In this document: positions 20,646 to 37,013 of the stretch, piece after piece
Layout: every line of letters starts with the position of its first letter
Numbering within the stretch: position 1 is the stretch's first letter
From: Acidimicrobiales bacterium
GTDB taxonomy: Bacteria > Actinomycetota > Acidimicrobiia > Acidimicrobiales > RAAP-2
NCBI GenBank assembly: GCA_049964855.1
Contig: JBMFWX010000007.1
Coordinates: 218-64,217, forward strand
DNA length: 64,000 nt
Reading direction: 5' to 3'
Notes under the pieces: model-generated
What the model was told of the DNA's origin: nothing
The model's database searches: none
The model's input: only the letters and a program-made list of their open reading frames with translations
Translations under genes and position numbers: made by a program

Positions 20646-22261
20646 TAGCCCAGGGTCACCACGTCGAGGGCCCCCTCGGCGTAGAGGGCCCGCAGCACCT
20701 TCTTGTCGAACTTGCCGACGCTCGTCTTGGGAATGGTGTCGAGGAAGCACCACCGCTCGGGCAGCCACCACTTCACGACTCGCGTCGCCAAGTAGTCGCG
20801 TAACTCCTGAGCGCTCGCGCTCTGACCGGGTCGCAACACCACGCAGCACAAGGGGCGCTCCTGCCACTTCTCGTCGGGCACCGCCACCACCGCAGCCTCG
20901 AACACGGCCGGGTGGCCCATCACGGCGTTCTCCAGCTCCACTGAGCTGATCCACTCGCCGCCGGATTTGATGACGTCCTTGGTTCGATCGCTGATCACCA
21001 TGAAGCCCAGCTCGTCCAGCGTGCCCACGTCCCCGGTGCGCAGCCAGCCGTCGTGGAACCGCTCGGGCGCCTCCACCCCGTAGTAGGAGCCGGTGATCCA
21101 CGGCCCGCGGATCTCGAACTCGCCGACCGAGGCGCCGTCGTGGTCCAGCACCGTGCCGTCCTCGTCCGTGACGCGCACCTCCACGCCCGCCACGATGCGG
21201 CCGGCCTTGGCGCGAAACTCGATCTCCTGGTCGCGCGGCGTGCCCGCGGGCGGGATCGAGACGGCGCCCAGCGGGCTGGTCTCGGTCATGCCCCACCCCT
21301 GGATGACGTCGACGCCGTACTCGTCGCGGAAGGCCTCGATGAGGTGGCGCGGCACCGCGGCGCCCCCGCCGAGCAGCCCGCGCAGGCTGGAGAAGTCGGC
21401 GTCGCCGGAGGCCTCGGCGGCGTGCAGGACCTCGTTCCAGATCGTCGGCACGCCGAGCGACACGGTGGGGCGCAGTTCGCGAATCATGCGCACGATCGGT
21501 TCGCCCTGCAGGAACATCTGGGGCATCACCAGGTCCATGCCCGCCAGGTAGGCCGAGTACGGCGCTCCCCACGCGTTGACGTGGAACATCGGCACGATGA
21601 GCAGGCACCGATCCTTCTCGCTCAGGCCGATCGAGTTCGCCGTCGTGGACGCCAGCGAGTGAAGCCAGATCGAGCGATGCGAGTAGACCACCCCCTTGGG
21701 GTCACCGGTCGTGCCCGAGGTGTAGCACATCACCGAGGCGCTGCGCTCGTCCATCTCGGGCCAGTCGTAGCCACTCGGGTAGCGACTGATCAACTCCTCG
21801 TAGTTGATCGTCTCGCCGAGCAGGCCGCCCTCGTCGGAGCCGTTGACGATGATGTGGCGCACGGTGGGGATCTGGTCGCGCACGCGCGCGAGCAGCGGGA
21901 TCAGGGTGTCGTCGACGATGATGACCTGGTCCTCGGCGTGGTTGATGATGAAGGCCAACTGTTCGGGAAAGAGCCGGATGTTGAGCGTGTGCAAGACCGC
22001 TCCCATGCAGGGCACGGCGAAGTAGGCCTCCAGGTGCGCCTGGTTGTTCCACATGAAGGTGGCGACGCGGTCACCCTCGCCGATACCGAGGTCGGCCAGT
22101 GCGGCGGCCAACTGCTCACTACGCCGCGCGACCTGGGCGAAGGTCGCCTCGCGCACGCCGTCGGAGGTGACCGTGAGGACCTTCTTGTGGGCGTAGAGGA
22201 ACTCGCCGTGACGCAAGATCCGGTTGATCAAGAGCGGCGCGTCCTGCATCGTGCTGCGCAT
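20645..22261 (-). CDS. Fatty-acid/acyl-CoA ligase (AMP-binding family)
   Basis: [19 protein letters not shown]..., [32 protein letters not shown] before ATG 22261. The track ORF is over-extended. Confidence 0.85.
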   Translation of the reverse strand: MRSTMQDAPLLINRILRHGEFLYAHKKVLTVTSDGVREATFAQVARRSEQLAAALADLGIGEGDRVATFMWNNQAHLEAYFAVPCMGAVLHTLNIRLFPEQLAFIINHAEDQVIIVDDTLIPLLARVRDQIPTVRHIIVNGSDEGGLLGETINYEELISRYPSGYDWPEMDERSASVMCYTSGTTGDPKGVVYSHRSIWLHSLASTTANSIGLSEKDRCLLIVPMFHVNAWGAPYSAYLAGMDLVMPQMFLQGEPIVRMIRELRPTVSLGVPTIWNEVLHAAEASGDADFSSLRGLLGGGAAVPRHLIEAFRDEYGVDVIQGWGMTETSPLGAVSIPPAGTPRDQEIEFRAKAGRIVAGVEVRVTDEDGTVLDHDGASVGEFEIRGPWITGSYYGVEAPERFHDGWLRTGDVGTLDELGFMVISDRTKDVIKSGGEWISSVELENAVMGHPAVFEAAVVAVPDEKWQERPLCCVVLRPGQSASAQELRDYLATRVVKWWLPERWCFLDTIPKTSVGKFDKKVLRALYAEGALDVVTLG

Positions 22262-22377
22262 GTCTCCCCCTCCTAGTGCCTGGAGTCGATGGTACTGAGT
22301 GGTGTCACTGTTGTGTCTCATCCACCGTACTCGCGCGCGGACCGGTGCTCGCGCCCTCGCGCGGCGCCGATGAGCGG

Positions 22378-23794
22378 CTACCAGGACGACGCGTAGGGAG
22401 TGACGGGAGCGGGCAGCGACGACGGGGCGCCGCGCAACGTGCGGTCGACGGCCGCGGCGGCACTGCGCCCCTCGGCGATGGCCCACACGATCAGGCTCTG
22501 GCCGCGCACGGCGTCGCCGCACGCGAACACCGGCGCACCGCGACTGTCGACGTCCAGGCGCCACGACGCGTCGACGCGCAGCGTGTCGCGGTCGGTGCGC
22601 CAGCGCTGATCCACGAGCCCGAGGGGCGCGAGCTCGGGACCCGTGAAGCCCGCCGCGATCAGCACGAGGTCAGCGGGCTGGGTGTGAACCTCCCCGGTGG
22701 ACCGGTCGCGCAGGCGGATCCGCTCGACCCGGTCGGCACCCTCGAAGGCGAGGGTCTCGGTGTCAAAGAGACGCTCGCCACCCTCCTCGTGGGCCGTCGT
22801 CACCTTGAACAGGCGGGCCATCGTGGGCCAGGGCGCGTCCGGTGGCCGCTCGTCGGGGGGGCGCGCCAGGATCTCGATCTGGTGCACCGACGCCGCCCCT
22901 TGACGGTGGGCGGTGCCCAGACAGTCCGCACCGGTGTCACCACCGCCCAGGATCACGACGTGACGACCCCCGGCGTCGATCGGCGACGCGACGTCGTCGC
23001 GCACCGCACGGTTGGCGGCCTCCAGGTACGTCATCGCCGGGTACACCCCCTCGAGGTCCGCGCCCGCCACGTCGAGGCGGCGCGCCACCGTCGAGCCCAC
23101 CGCGATCACCACCGCGTCGAAGCTCGCGCGCAGGTCCTCGAGCGAGAGATCGCCGCCGATCGGCGTTGAGGGGTGAAAGACCACGCCGGAGCGGGTGAGC
23201 ACGTCGAGGCGTCGCTCCAGCACCGACTTCTCGAGTTTGAAGGCCGGGATGCCGTAGCGCAGCAGGCCACCGATCGCGTCGCTGCGCTCGAAGACCTCGA
23301 CCCGATACCCCGCGTCCACCAGTTGGGCCGCGCTGGCCAGGCCGGCGGGCCCCGATCCGACGATCGCGACGCGCGGCCCCGCGCGCGACGGCGAGGTGGC
23401 CGCGACCACGCCGCGGGCGAAGGCGTGCTCGACGATCTCGTACTCCAGACGCTCGATCGTGACCGGGTCGTCGGCGATGCCCAGCACGCACGCCGACTCG
23501 CACGGGGCGGGACAGAGCCGACCCGTGAACTCCGGGAAGTTGTTGGTGGCCAAGAGCGCCTCGGCCGCCCGGTCCCAGCGACCCCGGTAGACGTGGTCGT
23601 TGAATGCGGGAATGGGGTTGCCCAACGGGCAGCCCTGCGTGCAGAAGGGGATGCCGCAGTCCATGCAGCGCGCCGCCTGGAGGCGGACCTCATCGTCGGA
23701 CTGGGGCGCGTACACCTCGCGCCAGTCGGTCCGCCGCTCCGGCACCGGTCGCGGCGTCGGGCCGCGGCGCGGGAACTCGAGGAATCCGGTCGGC

Positions 23795-23802
<8 letters not shown>
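22378..23802 (-). CDS. gltD: Glutamate synthase small subunit
   Basis: MAKPTGFLEF..., CMDCGIPFC, CPAPCESAC and two dinucleotide-binding folds (IVGSGPAGL). Confidence 0.9.
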
Positions 23803-28231
<4,429 letters not shown>

Positions 28232-28380
28232 GGGCTCACCGTTGGGGCAACGCTGACCCGCACTCACTATAACGAATACGGCCGGGGTGGTCGCGCCCTA
28301 CGCTGGAGTTGACCACCGCCTCGTCGTCGCTCGGCCGGCAAAATGTCGACGACCGGCGGCCGAGGACCAGAGGAGAGGCC

Positions 28381-28536
28381 ATGGCAGTAGAGACGTTGAT
28401 TGAGGCGCTGGACGAGCGAATCCTCGAGGCGCTGCACGCGAAGGCGACTGGCGAGACGATCGCCTTCCTCTGCGAGGCGCGCGCCTGGCTCACCCACCCC
28501 AATCAGTCGCACGGGTCCCACCGCCAAAGCGCGTAG
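28381..28536 (+). CDS. Hypothetical 51-aa protein
   Basis: GAGGAGAGG SD then ATG 28381. MAVETLIEALDERILEALHAKATGETIAFLCEARAWLTHPNQSHGSHRQSA. GC3 is about 86% by hand count. No family recognised. Confidence 0.4.
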   Translation: MAVETLIEALDERILEALHAKATGETIAFLCEARAWLTHPNQSHGSHRQSA

Positions 28537-28560
28537 TACTGGCGGCTATCATTGGCCTCT

Positions 28561-28639
28561 CGGGCTGTGGCTTAGTTTGGTCTAGAGCGCTCGGCTGGGG
28601 GCCGAGAGATCGGGAGTTCGAATCTCCCCAGCCCGACCA
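28561..28639 (+). tRNA. tRNA-Pro (anticodon GGG), CCA encoded
   Basis: Hand-folded cloverleaf: acceptor CGGGCTG/CAGCCCG (C1-G72 and A73, typical of bacterial tRNA-Pro), anticodon arm CTCGG-CTGGGGG-CCGAG, T arm GGGAG-TTCGAAT-CTCCC, then ACCA. Confidence 0.9.
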
Positions 28640-28849
28640 GTGGGGATTTGGACGAGATCCTCTAATTGCTGGGAGAGACGTCGGGACACTGCGTCTCCGT
28701 GACGACACCCATCAGCTCGGGCGCCGTGCGCGACGCGTGAAGTACGACGCGCACATCTGCGGCGAGCCGATTTCTCCGGCGTACGCAGTCGTCTCAGACT
28801 TCGTTTCGTCGTGGACGTCGGATGTCCAGCTCAATCGGTGAGCCGCACG

Positions 28850-29488
28850 TCACGTCAGTGACTCACGAACGCGCAGCCATCGGTGGCGTGCGGAGTCGAG
28901 TCGATAGATGGCGAAGGCGCTCCTCGGCGGCTGCGCGTACGGCGCCGGGCCTACTCGCAGTCCGATGCCGCCCGTCATCGTGGCCCACGTGATCGACCAG
29001 TTGTCGGCACCGTTCACGTACTGATACCACACGTGTCCCGAGTCGGTCGTCAGGTCGATGACCGCGTTGCTCACCATCACGACGGTCGACGAGCTCTCAG
29101 CGATGACGCGGTCGACGTAGTAGATCGACCCTCCAACCCAGTCCGTGGCGAGCATCGGACCCGCCGCCGTCCAGTGCCGACCGCCGTCAAGACTTCGGAC
29201 GGGAAAGAGCGTGGGCGCGCCCCTCTGCTCCCAGACTCCCCATTCGACCCGGTGGTCCGATGGGCTGACCCCGACCCACTTGAGCTGAGAGCTCGCCATC
29301 GGCGATCCCCAGGGCTGAGCGTGTGCGGACGAAGACTCGGTCAGGCCGTGCTGCATGACCAGAGCGGTGGGAAACGGCGACTGCGCGCTCGCTGACGCGC
29401 CGGCCCCCGTGTTGTCGATCGCAATCCCGGTTAGCGCGCCGAACGACGCTGCGGCAGTGACCACGACACGAGTCCGACGCCAGCGCAT
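28850..29488 (-). CDS. Secreted protein with two BNR/Asp-box motifs, function unknown
   Basis: GGAGG sits 6 nt before ATG 29488. Signal peptide MRWRRTRVVVTAAASFGALTGIAIDNTGAGASASA/QS. Asp-boxes SLDGGRHW and TTDSGHVW. Lower GC and more A/T-ending codons than its neighbours. Confidence 0.6.
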   Translation of the reverse strand: MRWRRTRVVVTAAASFGALTGIAIDNTGAGASASAQSPFPTALVMQHGLTESSSAHAQPWGSPMASSQLKWVGVSPSDHRVEWGVWEQRGAPTLFPVRSLDGGRHWTAAGPMLATDWVGGSIYYVDRVIAESSSTVVMVSNAVIDLTTDSGHVWYQYVNGADNWSITWATMTGGIGLRVGPAPYAQPPRSAFAIYRLDSARHRWLRVRESLT

Positions 29489-29752
29489 TCGCATCCTCCT
29501 CGTTCGCGCTCCTCTCCACGACACTGTATGGACTGCCCGTAGTCTGGGTGCTGGAGCACGCCGGGCGCCACTCGATCTCATCCAGCCCGGCGGTTCAGAG
29601 TTGACGCCGAGGCGGGTGGTGGAGAGCCGTTCTCGCGCTGATGAGATTGGTTTCGGCCGGTGAGGGGATCGACGTAGGTTTGGTCAGCCGTGGTCGCTGA
29701 ACAGGGACTATAGCTCTGTTGCGAACCTCCTACCAGGGAAGGCGCGCTGCGT

Positions 29753-30622
29753 TCAGAGACTGGCGTGCGACGTGACGTTGCGCAGTGATCCGAGTCCGGT
29801 GATCGTGGACGTGACGACGTCGCCCGGGGCGAGGAAGACCGGTGGCGTGTGACCCTGGCCGACACCGGCTGGGCTGCCGGTGAAGATGACGTCGCCCGGA
29901 CGGATCTCGACCACCGAGCTGAGATACGCGATCAGCCCCGCGACGTTGGTCACCATGTCTTCTGTGCTCGAGTCCTGGTAGCGGACCTCGTTGACGTCAC
30001 AGGTGATGCGAAGGTCGTCGGGGTCGCCGCAGGCGTCGGGCGTCGTCAGCCACGGGCCGATTGGCGAGAAGTTCTCGTGGGACTTGCCCATCGAGAACTG
30101 CGGAGGGGTCCCCGACATCTGCAGGTCGCGGTCACTGAAGTCCTGGCCCACGCAGTAGCCCGCGACGTAGCGCAGAGCGTCGTGCGGCGCCACCCGCCGA
30201 GCACGCGCGCCGATCACCACGACCAGTTCCGCCTCCCAGTCGGTGCGCGCCGACGGCAGAGCCACGGACGCGTTAGCCCCCGCCAGCGACGACGCGAACT
30301 TCGTGAACACTAGTGGCGTGGTCGGCGGCGTCATCCCCATCTCGATCGCGTGGCGACGGTAGTTGAGTCCGATGCCGAAGATCTGGCTCGGGCGCGACAC
30401 CACCGGGCCGAGTCGCGGGTCGCGCGCGACGACGTCGGGCGACAGGTCCCAGGAGGGCTCGACCTCCTCAGCCGCGATCCACTCCCCCACCTCATCCAGT
30501 CGACCCATCAGCTCGTCGGTCGACGATGAGAAGCGACCGCCGGACGCGTCGGCGACGTCGATGAGCCCCTCATCGGTGACGATCACGGCTCGGTGGTCGA
30601 AGGTGGCGATGCGCACTCTCAC
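29753..30622 (-). CDS. Fumarylacetoacetate hydrolase (FAH) family protein
   Basis: IFGIGLNYRRHAIEMG, VFTKFASSL, EAELVVVIG, GKSHENFSPIGPWL, PGDVIFTGSPAGVG. The start may be GTG 30622 or GTG 30616. Confidence 0.85.
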   Translation of the reverse strand: MRVRIATFDHRAVIVTDEGLIDVADASGGRFSSSTDELMGRLDEVGEWIAAEEVEPSWDLSPDVVARDPRLGPVVSRPSQIFGIGLNYRRHAIEMGMTPPTTPLVFTKFASSLAGANASVALPSARTDWEAELVVVIGARARRVAPHDALRYVAGYCVGQDFSDRDLQMSGTPPQFSMGKSHENFSPIGPWLTTPDACGDPDDLRITCDVNEVRYQDSSTEDMVTNVAGLIAYLSSVVEIRPGDVIFTGSPAGVGQGHTPPVFLAPGDVVTSTITGLGSLRNVTSHASL

Positions 30623-30731
30623 TCCTCATCTCGATCTCACGGATGATCCCACGCTACCGAACCTGTCGCCCCCCCTCGTGACGGCCGCGGTCCCTCCCGC
30701 TAGGGTATGCCCGTTCGCGGAAGGACTCAAC

Positions 30732-31805
30732 GTGTCTCTACTCTTCACTCCCTGGTGCGTGCGTGATCTCACCCTGGCCAATCGGGCTTGGGTGAGCGCC
30801 ATGTGCCAGTACTCCGCGACCGACGGCGTCGTCGGCGACTGGCACCTCGCCCACCTCGGATCGCTCGCGACCGGCGGGTTCGGCTTGGTGATGGCCGAGG
30901 CGACGGCCGTCGCCCCCGAGGCGCGCATCTCGGTGCGCTGCCCGGGCCTGTGGAACGACGAGCAGATCGCGGCCTGGAGTCGGGTCACCGACTTCGCACA
31001 CGCGCAGGGGACGCACATCGGCGTGCAGCTGGCGCACGCGGGACGAAAGGCCTCGACGATGGCCCCGTGGGACGACCACCCCATCGCCCTCGCGTCCGAG
31101 GGCGGCTGGACCGCCGTCGCCCCGAGTGAACTCGCCTTCGATGGCTATCCGCTGCCGCGGGCCCTACGCGTCGACGAGATCGATCTGGTGGTCAGTCAGT
31201 TCGCTGACGCCGCGCGGCGCGCGCGGCGGGCTGGCTTCGATGTGCTGGAGATCCACGCCGCCCACGGTTATCTCCTGCACCAGTTCCTCTCGCCCCTCTC
31301 CAACCAGCGAGACGACGCCTACGGCGGGTCCTTCGAGAACCGCACGCGCCTCCTGCGACGCGTCGTCGAGGCCGTGCGCGCGGTCGAGCCCGACGTCGCG
31401 CTCTTCGTGCGGCTCTCGGCCACCGACTGGGTGGAGGGTGGCTGGGATCTGGACCAGACGGTGGCCCTGGCGCGCGAGCTGCGCGAGCTCGGCGTCGACC
31501 TGGTCGACGTCTCCTCCGGGGGCAACGTCGCCGCAGCGCCCGTGCCCGTCGGGCCCGGCTACCAGGTGCCCTTCGCCGCCGCCGTGCGTCGCGACGCCGG
31601 TGTCGCCACCAGTGCGGTGGGACTGATTACCGCGCCCGATCAGGCCGAGTCCATCCTGGTCGCGGGTGACGCCGACGCGGTCATGGTGGCGCGCGCCGCG
31701 CTGCGCAACCCGCGGTGGGCCCTCAACGCCGCCGAGGCACTCGGCGAGTGGATTGACTGGCGCCCCCAACTCGAGCGCGCCCGAACGCTGCACGCGTCGC
31801 GGTAG
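30732..31805 (+). CDS. NADH:flavin oxidoreductase (Old Yellow Enzyme family)
   Basis: GGAAGGA SD then GTG 30732. LTLANRAWVSAMCQYSA, GVQLAHAGRKAS, EIHAAHGYLLHQFLSPLSN. The track ORF is over-extended. Confidence 0.85.
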   Translation: MSLLFTPWCVRDLTLANRAWVSAMCQYSATDGVVGDWHLAHLGSLATGGFGLVMAEATAVAPEARISVRCPGLWNDEQIAAWSRVTDFAHAQGTHIGVQLAHAGRKASTMAPWDDHPIALASEGGWTAVAPSELAFDGYPLPRALRVDEIDLVVSQFADAARRARRAGFDVLEIHAAHGYLLHQFLSPLSNQRDDAYGGSFENRTRLLRRVVEAVRAVEPDVALFVRLSATDWVEGGWDLDQTVALARELRELGVDLVDVSSGGNVAAAPVPVGPGYQVPFAAAVRRDAGVATSAVGLITAPDQAESILVAGDADAVMVARAALRNPRWALNAAEALGEWIDWRPQLERARTLHASR

Positions 31806-31941
31806 TTCCTGGCGTCGACCGTCGCCCTTCGGTAGGCTGGAGGCACCAGAGGCCGGTCTGACAGCCGGCGTTCGCGCGCGGAGTCGGGCGAAAGGCGAAG
31901 TACCTAGAGAGGGTGATCCCAACCGCTGGTTGGACAGAGTC

Positions 31942-33354
31942 ATGGGCAACAAGGACCCCTTCGTTTTGCGTCATCTGGCCGACGTGCAGCCGCAGTTGTG
32001 GTGGCTGGACTCGGACCCCTTGGAACCCGAGTCGCGATCCGCCCTCGTGGGCGACGTCGGCGCCGACCTATGCGTCGTGGGAGCGGGTTACACGGGGCTG
32101 TGGACGGCGCTGCTCGCCAAGGAGCGCGACCCGCACCGCGAGGTGGTGGTGGTCGAGCAGTTCGAGACCGGGGCGGGAGCGTCCGGGCGAAACGGCGGCT
32201 TCTGCTCCGCGTCGCTCACCCACGGCTTCGCCAACGGCGCGCGCCGCTTCCCCCACGAGATGGCCGTGATCGAACGGCTCGGTCGCGAGAACCTCGACGA
32301 GATCGAGGCCACCGTCGCGCGTTACGGCATCGAGTGCGACTGGGAGCGCACCGGCGAACTTCGCGTGGCCCTGGCCGAGTGGCAGATGAGCGACATGGTC
32401 GAGGAGGCGCGGCGGCGCAACGAGCTCGGCGACCACGTCGAGGTCCTCTCGCGCGAGCAGGTGCAGGCCCGCATCCACTCGCCCCTGTACGTGGGGGCGA
32501 TCTACGACCACGACGGCACGGCCCTGGTGGACCCGGCGCGTCTGGTCTGGGGTCTCGAGCGTGCCTGCATCTCGCTCGGCGTGACGATCTACGAGAACTC
32601 CAAGGTCGAGTGGCTGGAGGACGTGGACGACGGCGTGCGCGTGCACACCGCGTACGGTGCCGTCACGGCCCCGCGCGTGGCGCTGGCCACGAACGTCTTC
32701 CCGTCACTCGTGCGCAGCGCGCGCAAGTACGTGGTTCCCGTGTACGACTACCAGCTGGTCACCGAGCCGCTCACCGACGAGCAGCGCGCCAGTATCGGTT
32801 GGGAGGGGCGTGAGGGGGTGGCCGACGCCGGCAACCAGTTCCACTACTACCGGCTCACCGCCGACCAGAGCATTCTCTGGGGCGGGTACGACGCGATCTA
32901 CAACTTCCGCGGCCAGGCGCACCGCGACTACGACTTCAACGCGCAGACCTACGCCACGTTGGCGTCGCACTTCCTCGCCACCTTCCCCCAGCTCGCGGGA
33001 ATCAAGTTCACGCACGCCTGGGGAGGCGCGATCGATACCTGTACACGCTTCTCGCCCTTCTGGGGCACGGCGCACGGGGGCAAGGTCGCCTACGTCCTGG
33101 GCTTCACCGGGCTGGGCGTGGGCTCCACCCGCTTCGGGGCGGCCACGATGCTGGATCTGCTCGACGGGCTCGATACCGAGCGCACGCGCCTGACCATGGT
33201 GCGTCGCAAGCCCATCCCCTTCCCGCCGGAACCCTTCAAGTGGCTCTTCATCGAGTTGACCAAGCGGTCGTTGCAGCACGCCGACCAGCACGAGGGGCGC
33301 CGCAACCTCTGGCTGAAGTTCGGCGACCTCCTCGGGCTGGGATTCGACTCCTAG
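31942..33354 (+). CDS. FAD-dependent oxidoreductase (DAO family)
   Basis: MGNKDPFVL..., DLCVVGAGYTGLWTALLA, GASGRNGGF. 470 aa from ATG 31942. Confidence 0.8.
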   Translation: MGNKDPFVLRHLADVQPQLWWLDSDPLEPESRSALVGDVGADLCVVGAGYTGLWTALLAKERDPHREVVVVEQFETGAGASGRNGGFCSASLTHGFANGARRFPHEMAVIERLGRENLDEIEATVARYGIECDWERTGELRVALAEWQMSDMVEEARRRNELGDHVEVLSREQVQARIHSPLYVGAIYDHDGTALVDPARLVWGLERACISLGVTIYENSKVEWLEDVDDGVRVHTAYGAVTAPRVALATNVFPSLVRSARKYVVPVYDYQLVTEPLTDEQRASIGWEGREGVADAGNQFHYYRLTADQSILWGGYDAIYNFRGQAHRDYDFNAQTYATLASHFLATFPQLAGIKFTHAWGGAIDTCTRFSPFWGTAHGGKVAYVLGFTGLGVGSTRFGAATMLDLLDGLDTERTRLTMVRRKPIPFPPEPFKWLFIELTKRSLQHADQHEGRRNLWLKFGDLLGLGFDS

Positions 33355-33358
33355 TTCG

Positions 33359-35326
<1,968 letters not shown>

Positions 35327-35432
35327 TGGTCTCCCCCAACTTGGCTTTTGGCGCGCACTACTCCTGTGCGCCCCCTCTTTCACTATCACGTGCTTAGCAC
35401 GCACCACAACTACGGGCCGGGTGACTTATGGC

Positions 35433-35478
35433 CCAAAATGCCAACAGCGCCCTGGCTCGAGAGCCGGGGCGCTGTTGG
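35433..35478 (-). terminator. Candidate intrinsic terminator downstream of satP
   Basis: The minus strand reads CCAACAGCGCCCCGGCTC-TC-GAGCCAGGGCGCTGTTGG (12 bp, one mismatch, then a few more bp), followed by CATTTTGG. The T-tract is on the minus strand only. Confidence 0.6.
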
Positions 35479-35524
35479 CGGTTGGGTCCGGTGGCGAGCC
35501 ACCAGTGAACCCACTCTAGCCGAA

Positions 35525-36091
35525 CTAGGCGAGCGGGCCGAGCGGCAGCACCTTCCTCTTGTAGGTGTCGTTGATGACCGCCGCCGCCGAGCAGTACCAG
35601 GCGAGGATCGCCGTCACGATGCCGAGCCATCCGCCGACCTTCACCATGTTCGAGTGGCCGGCGTCCCAGTTGCCGATAGTCAGGAAGATGAACGTGACCT
35701 CCAGGACGACGAACACCGACGCCAGCGCCACGTTGGTCTTGAACGAGCCGATCATCATGTAGAAGGTGAAGATCGTCCACGCGAGCAGGTAGACGCCCAA
35801 CGCGTTGGTCGCCTTCAGACCGCCGTCCCAGTTGATGAAGGCGTAGAGCCCCAGCCAGAACGCTCCGTACGAGGTGAACGCCACCGCGCCGAAGGTGTTC
35901 TTGCGCACGAACTCCCACATACCGGCGGCGAACTGCGCAATCCCTCCGTAGACCAGCGCCAGCGAGATGGCTACGGTCAGTCCTCCACCCTTCCAGATCC
36001 CGGCGTTCGCCGAGCTCAGGGCAAAGGTCGTCATGGCGAAACCCGCGAGCCCTAACGGACCCGGATCGGCCACCTTGTGTTCATCTGACAT
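35525..36091 (-). CDS. satP: GPR1/FUN34/YaaH-family acetate (succinate-acetate) channel
   Basis: MSDEHKVADPGPLGLAGFAMTTF (family signature) and six hydrophobic segments. AGGGGGA SD before ATG 36091. Adjacent to acs. Confidence 0.8.
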   Translation of the reverse strand: MSDEHKVADPGPLGLAGFAMTTFALSSANAGIWKGGGLTVAISLALVYGGIAQFAAGMWEFVRKNTFGAVAFTSYGAFWLGLYAFINWDGGLKATNALGVYLLAWTIFTFYMMIGSFKTNVALASVFVVLEVTFIFLTIGNWDAGHSNMVKVGGWLGIVTAILAWYCSAAAVINDTYKRKVLPLGPLA

Positions 36092-36194
36092 GTGCATCCC
36101 CCTGGATTTATCCATGTGGACCGACGGGCGTCGGCCTAGACCGATTAAACACCCCGGCGCTACACATCCGGCGGATGCAGCGGGTGCTTGTGAA

Positions 36195-37013
36195 CTACTT
36201 CACTTGCCCGGCCGGCGGTCCGGCGCTATCGCGTCGCTCGTCGACGGCGTCGAGCGCACCGCGAAAGTCGCCGACGAACTCCTCCACGCGCGCGGTGCTC
36301 GCACCGTCGAGCAGCAGCGACACCAGCGCGGAGCCGACGATGACCCCATCGGCGAACTGGGCCGCGTCACGCGCCTGGGCGGGCGTCGTGATGCCGATGC
36401 CGACGTACACCGGGACGTCGCTGACGTCGCGCAGTGCCGTCACGACGCGCCGAGCGTCGCCGAGGTCCGACGCACGTCCGGTGACGGCCATGCGCGCGGC
36501 GGCGTAGGCGAAGCCCTGCGTAGCGCGCGCCAGGAGCGCGACGCGTTGCGGCGGGCTCGACGGCGCCACTAGGTACACGGTGGCCACGTCGTGGACGGCG
36601 CAGGCTCGCGCCCACGGCCCCGCCTCCTCGGGCGGCAGGTCGGGGATGATCGCGCCGCGCAGCGACGCCCGTTCGAACGCGTCCGCCGCGCGGTCCAGAC
36701 CGTAGTGGTGCACCACGTTGTAGTAGGTCATGGCGACCAGGGGCACGTCCACGTCCAACGTCGCCAGCTCCGCGCACACCGAGTCGAGAGTCGTGCCAGC
36801 CGCCAGCGAGCGACCCGCGGCCTCTTGAATCACCACGCCGTCCATGACGGGATCCGAGAACGGCAGCCCGATCTCGATGGCGTCGGCCCCGGCGTGCGCC
36901 GCGGCCTCCACGTGACGGGTCCAATCGGGGGTGGCTCCGGCCATCAGGTAGGGGACGAGAGCGGTGCGCCCGCTCGCGCGCGTGCGGCGCAGCGCGTCCT
37001 CGAGCGAGGTCAC
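36195..37013 (-). CDS. trpA: Tryptophan synthase alpha chain
   Basis: [33 protein letters not shown] 37013 overlaps the trpB stop (GTGA). Confidence 0.9.
   Translation of the reverse strand: MTSLEDALRRTRASGRTALVPYLMAGATPDWTRHVEAAAHAGADAIEIGLPFSDPVMDGVVIQEAAGRSLAAGTTLDSVCAELATLDVDVPLVAMTYYNVVHHYGLDRAADAFERASLRGAIIPDLPPEEAGPWARACAVHDVATVYLVAPSSPPQRVALLARATQGFAYAAARMAVTGRASDLGDARRVVTALRDVSDVPVYVGIGITTPAQARDAAQFADGVIVGSALVSLLLDGASTARVEEFVGDFRGALDAVDERRDSAGPPAGQVK

Noticed and set aside
28675-28697. GAGACG-N11-CGTCTC hairpin after the tRNA, considered as a terminator
   Set aside because: The stem is only 6 bp, the loop is 11 nt, and there is no T-tract.
28490-28708. 72-aa minus-strand ORF
   Set aside because: It runs straight through the tRNA-Pro gene on the opposite strand and has a low-complexity composition.
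29638-29645. CUGAUGAG hammerhead-ribozyme core motif in the spacer between the FAH gene and the Asp-box gene
   Set aside because: No matching GAAA box, stem II/III pairing or cleavage-site context nearby. An 8-mer is expected by chance.
31806-31941. Possible riboswitch (for example glycine) in the 136-nt leader of the FAD-dependent oxidoreductase
   Set aside because: I could not find the conserved glycine-aptamer core (ACCGAAGG-type) or any other riboswitch signature I know. There is only a weak 5-bp hairpin.
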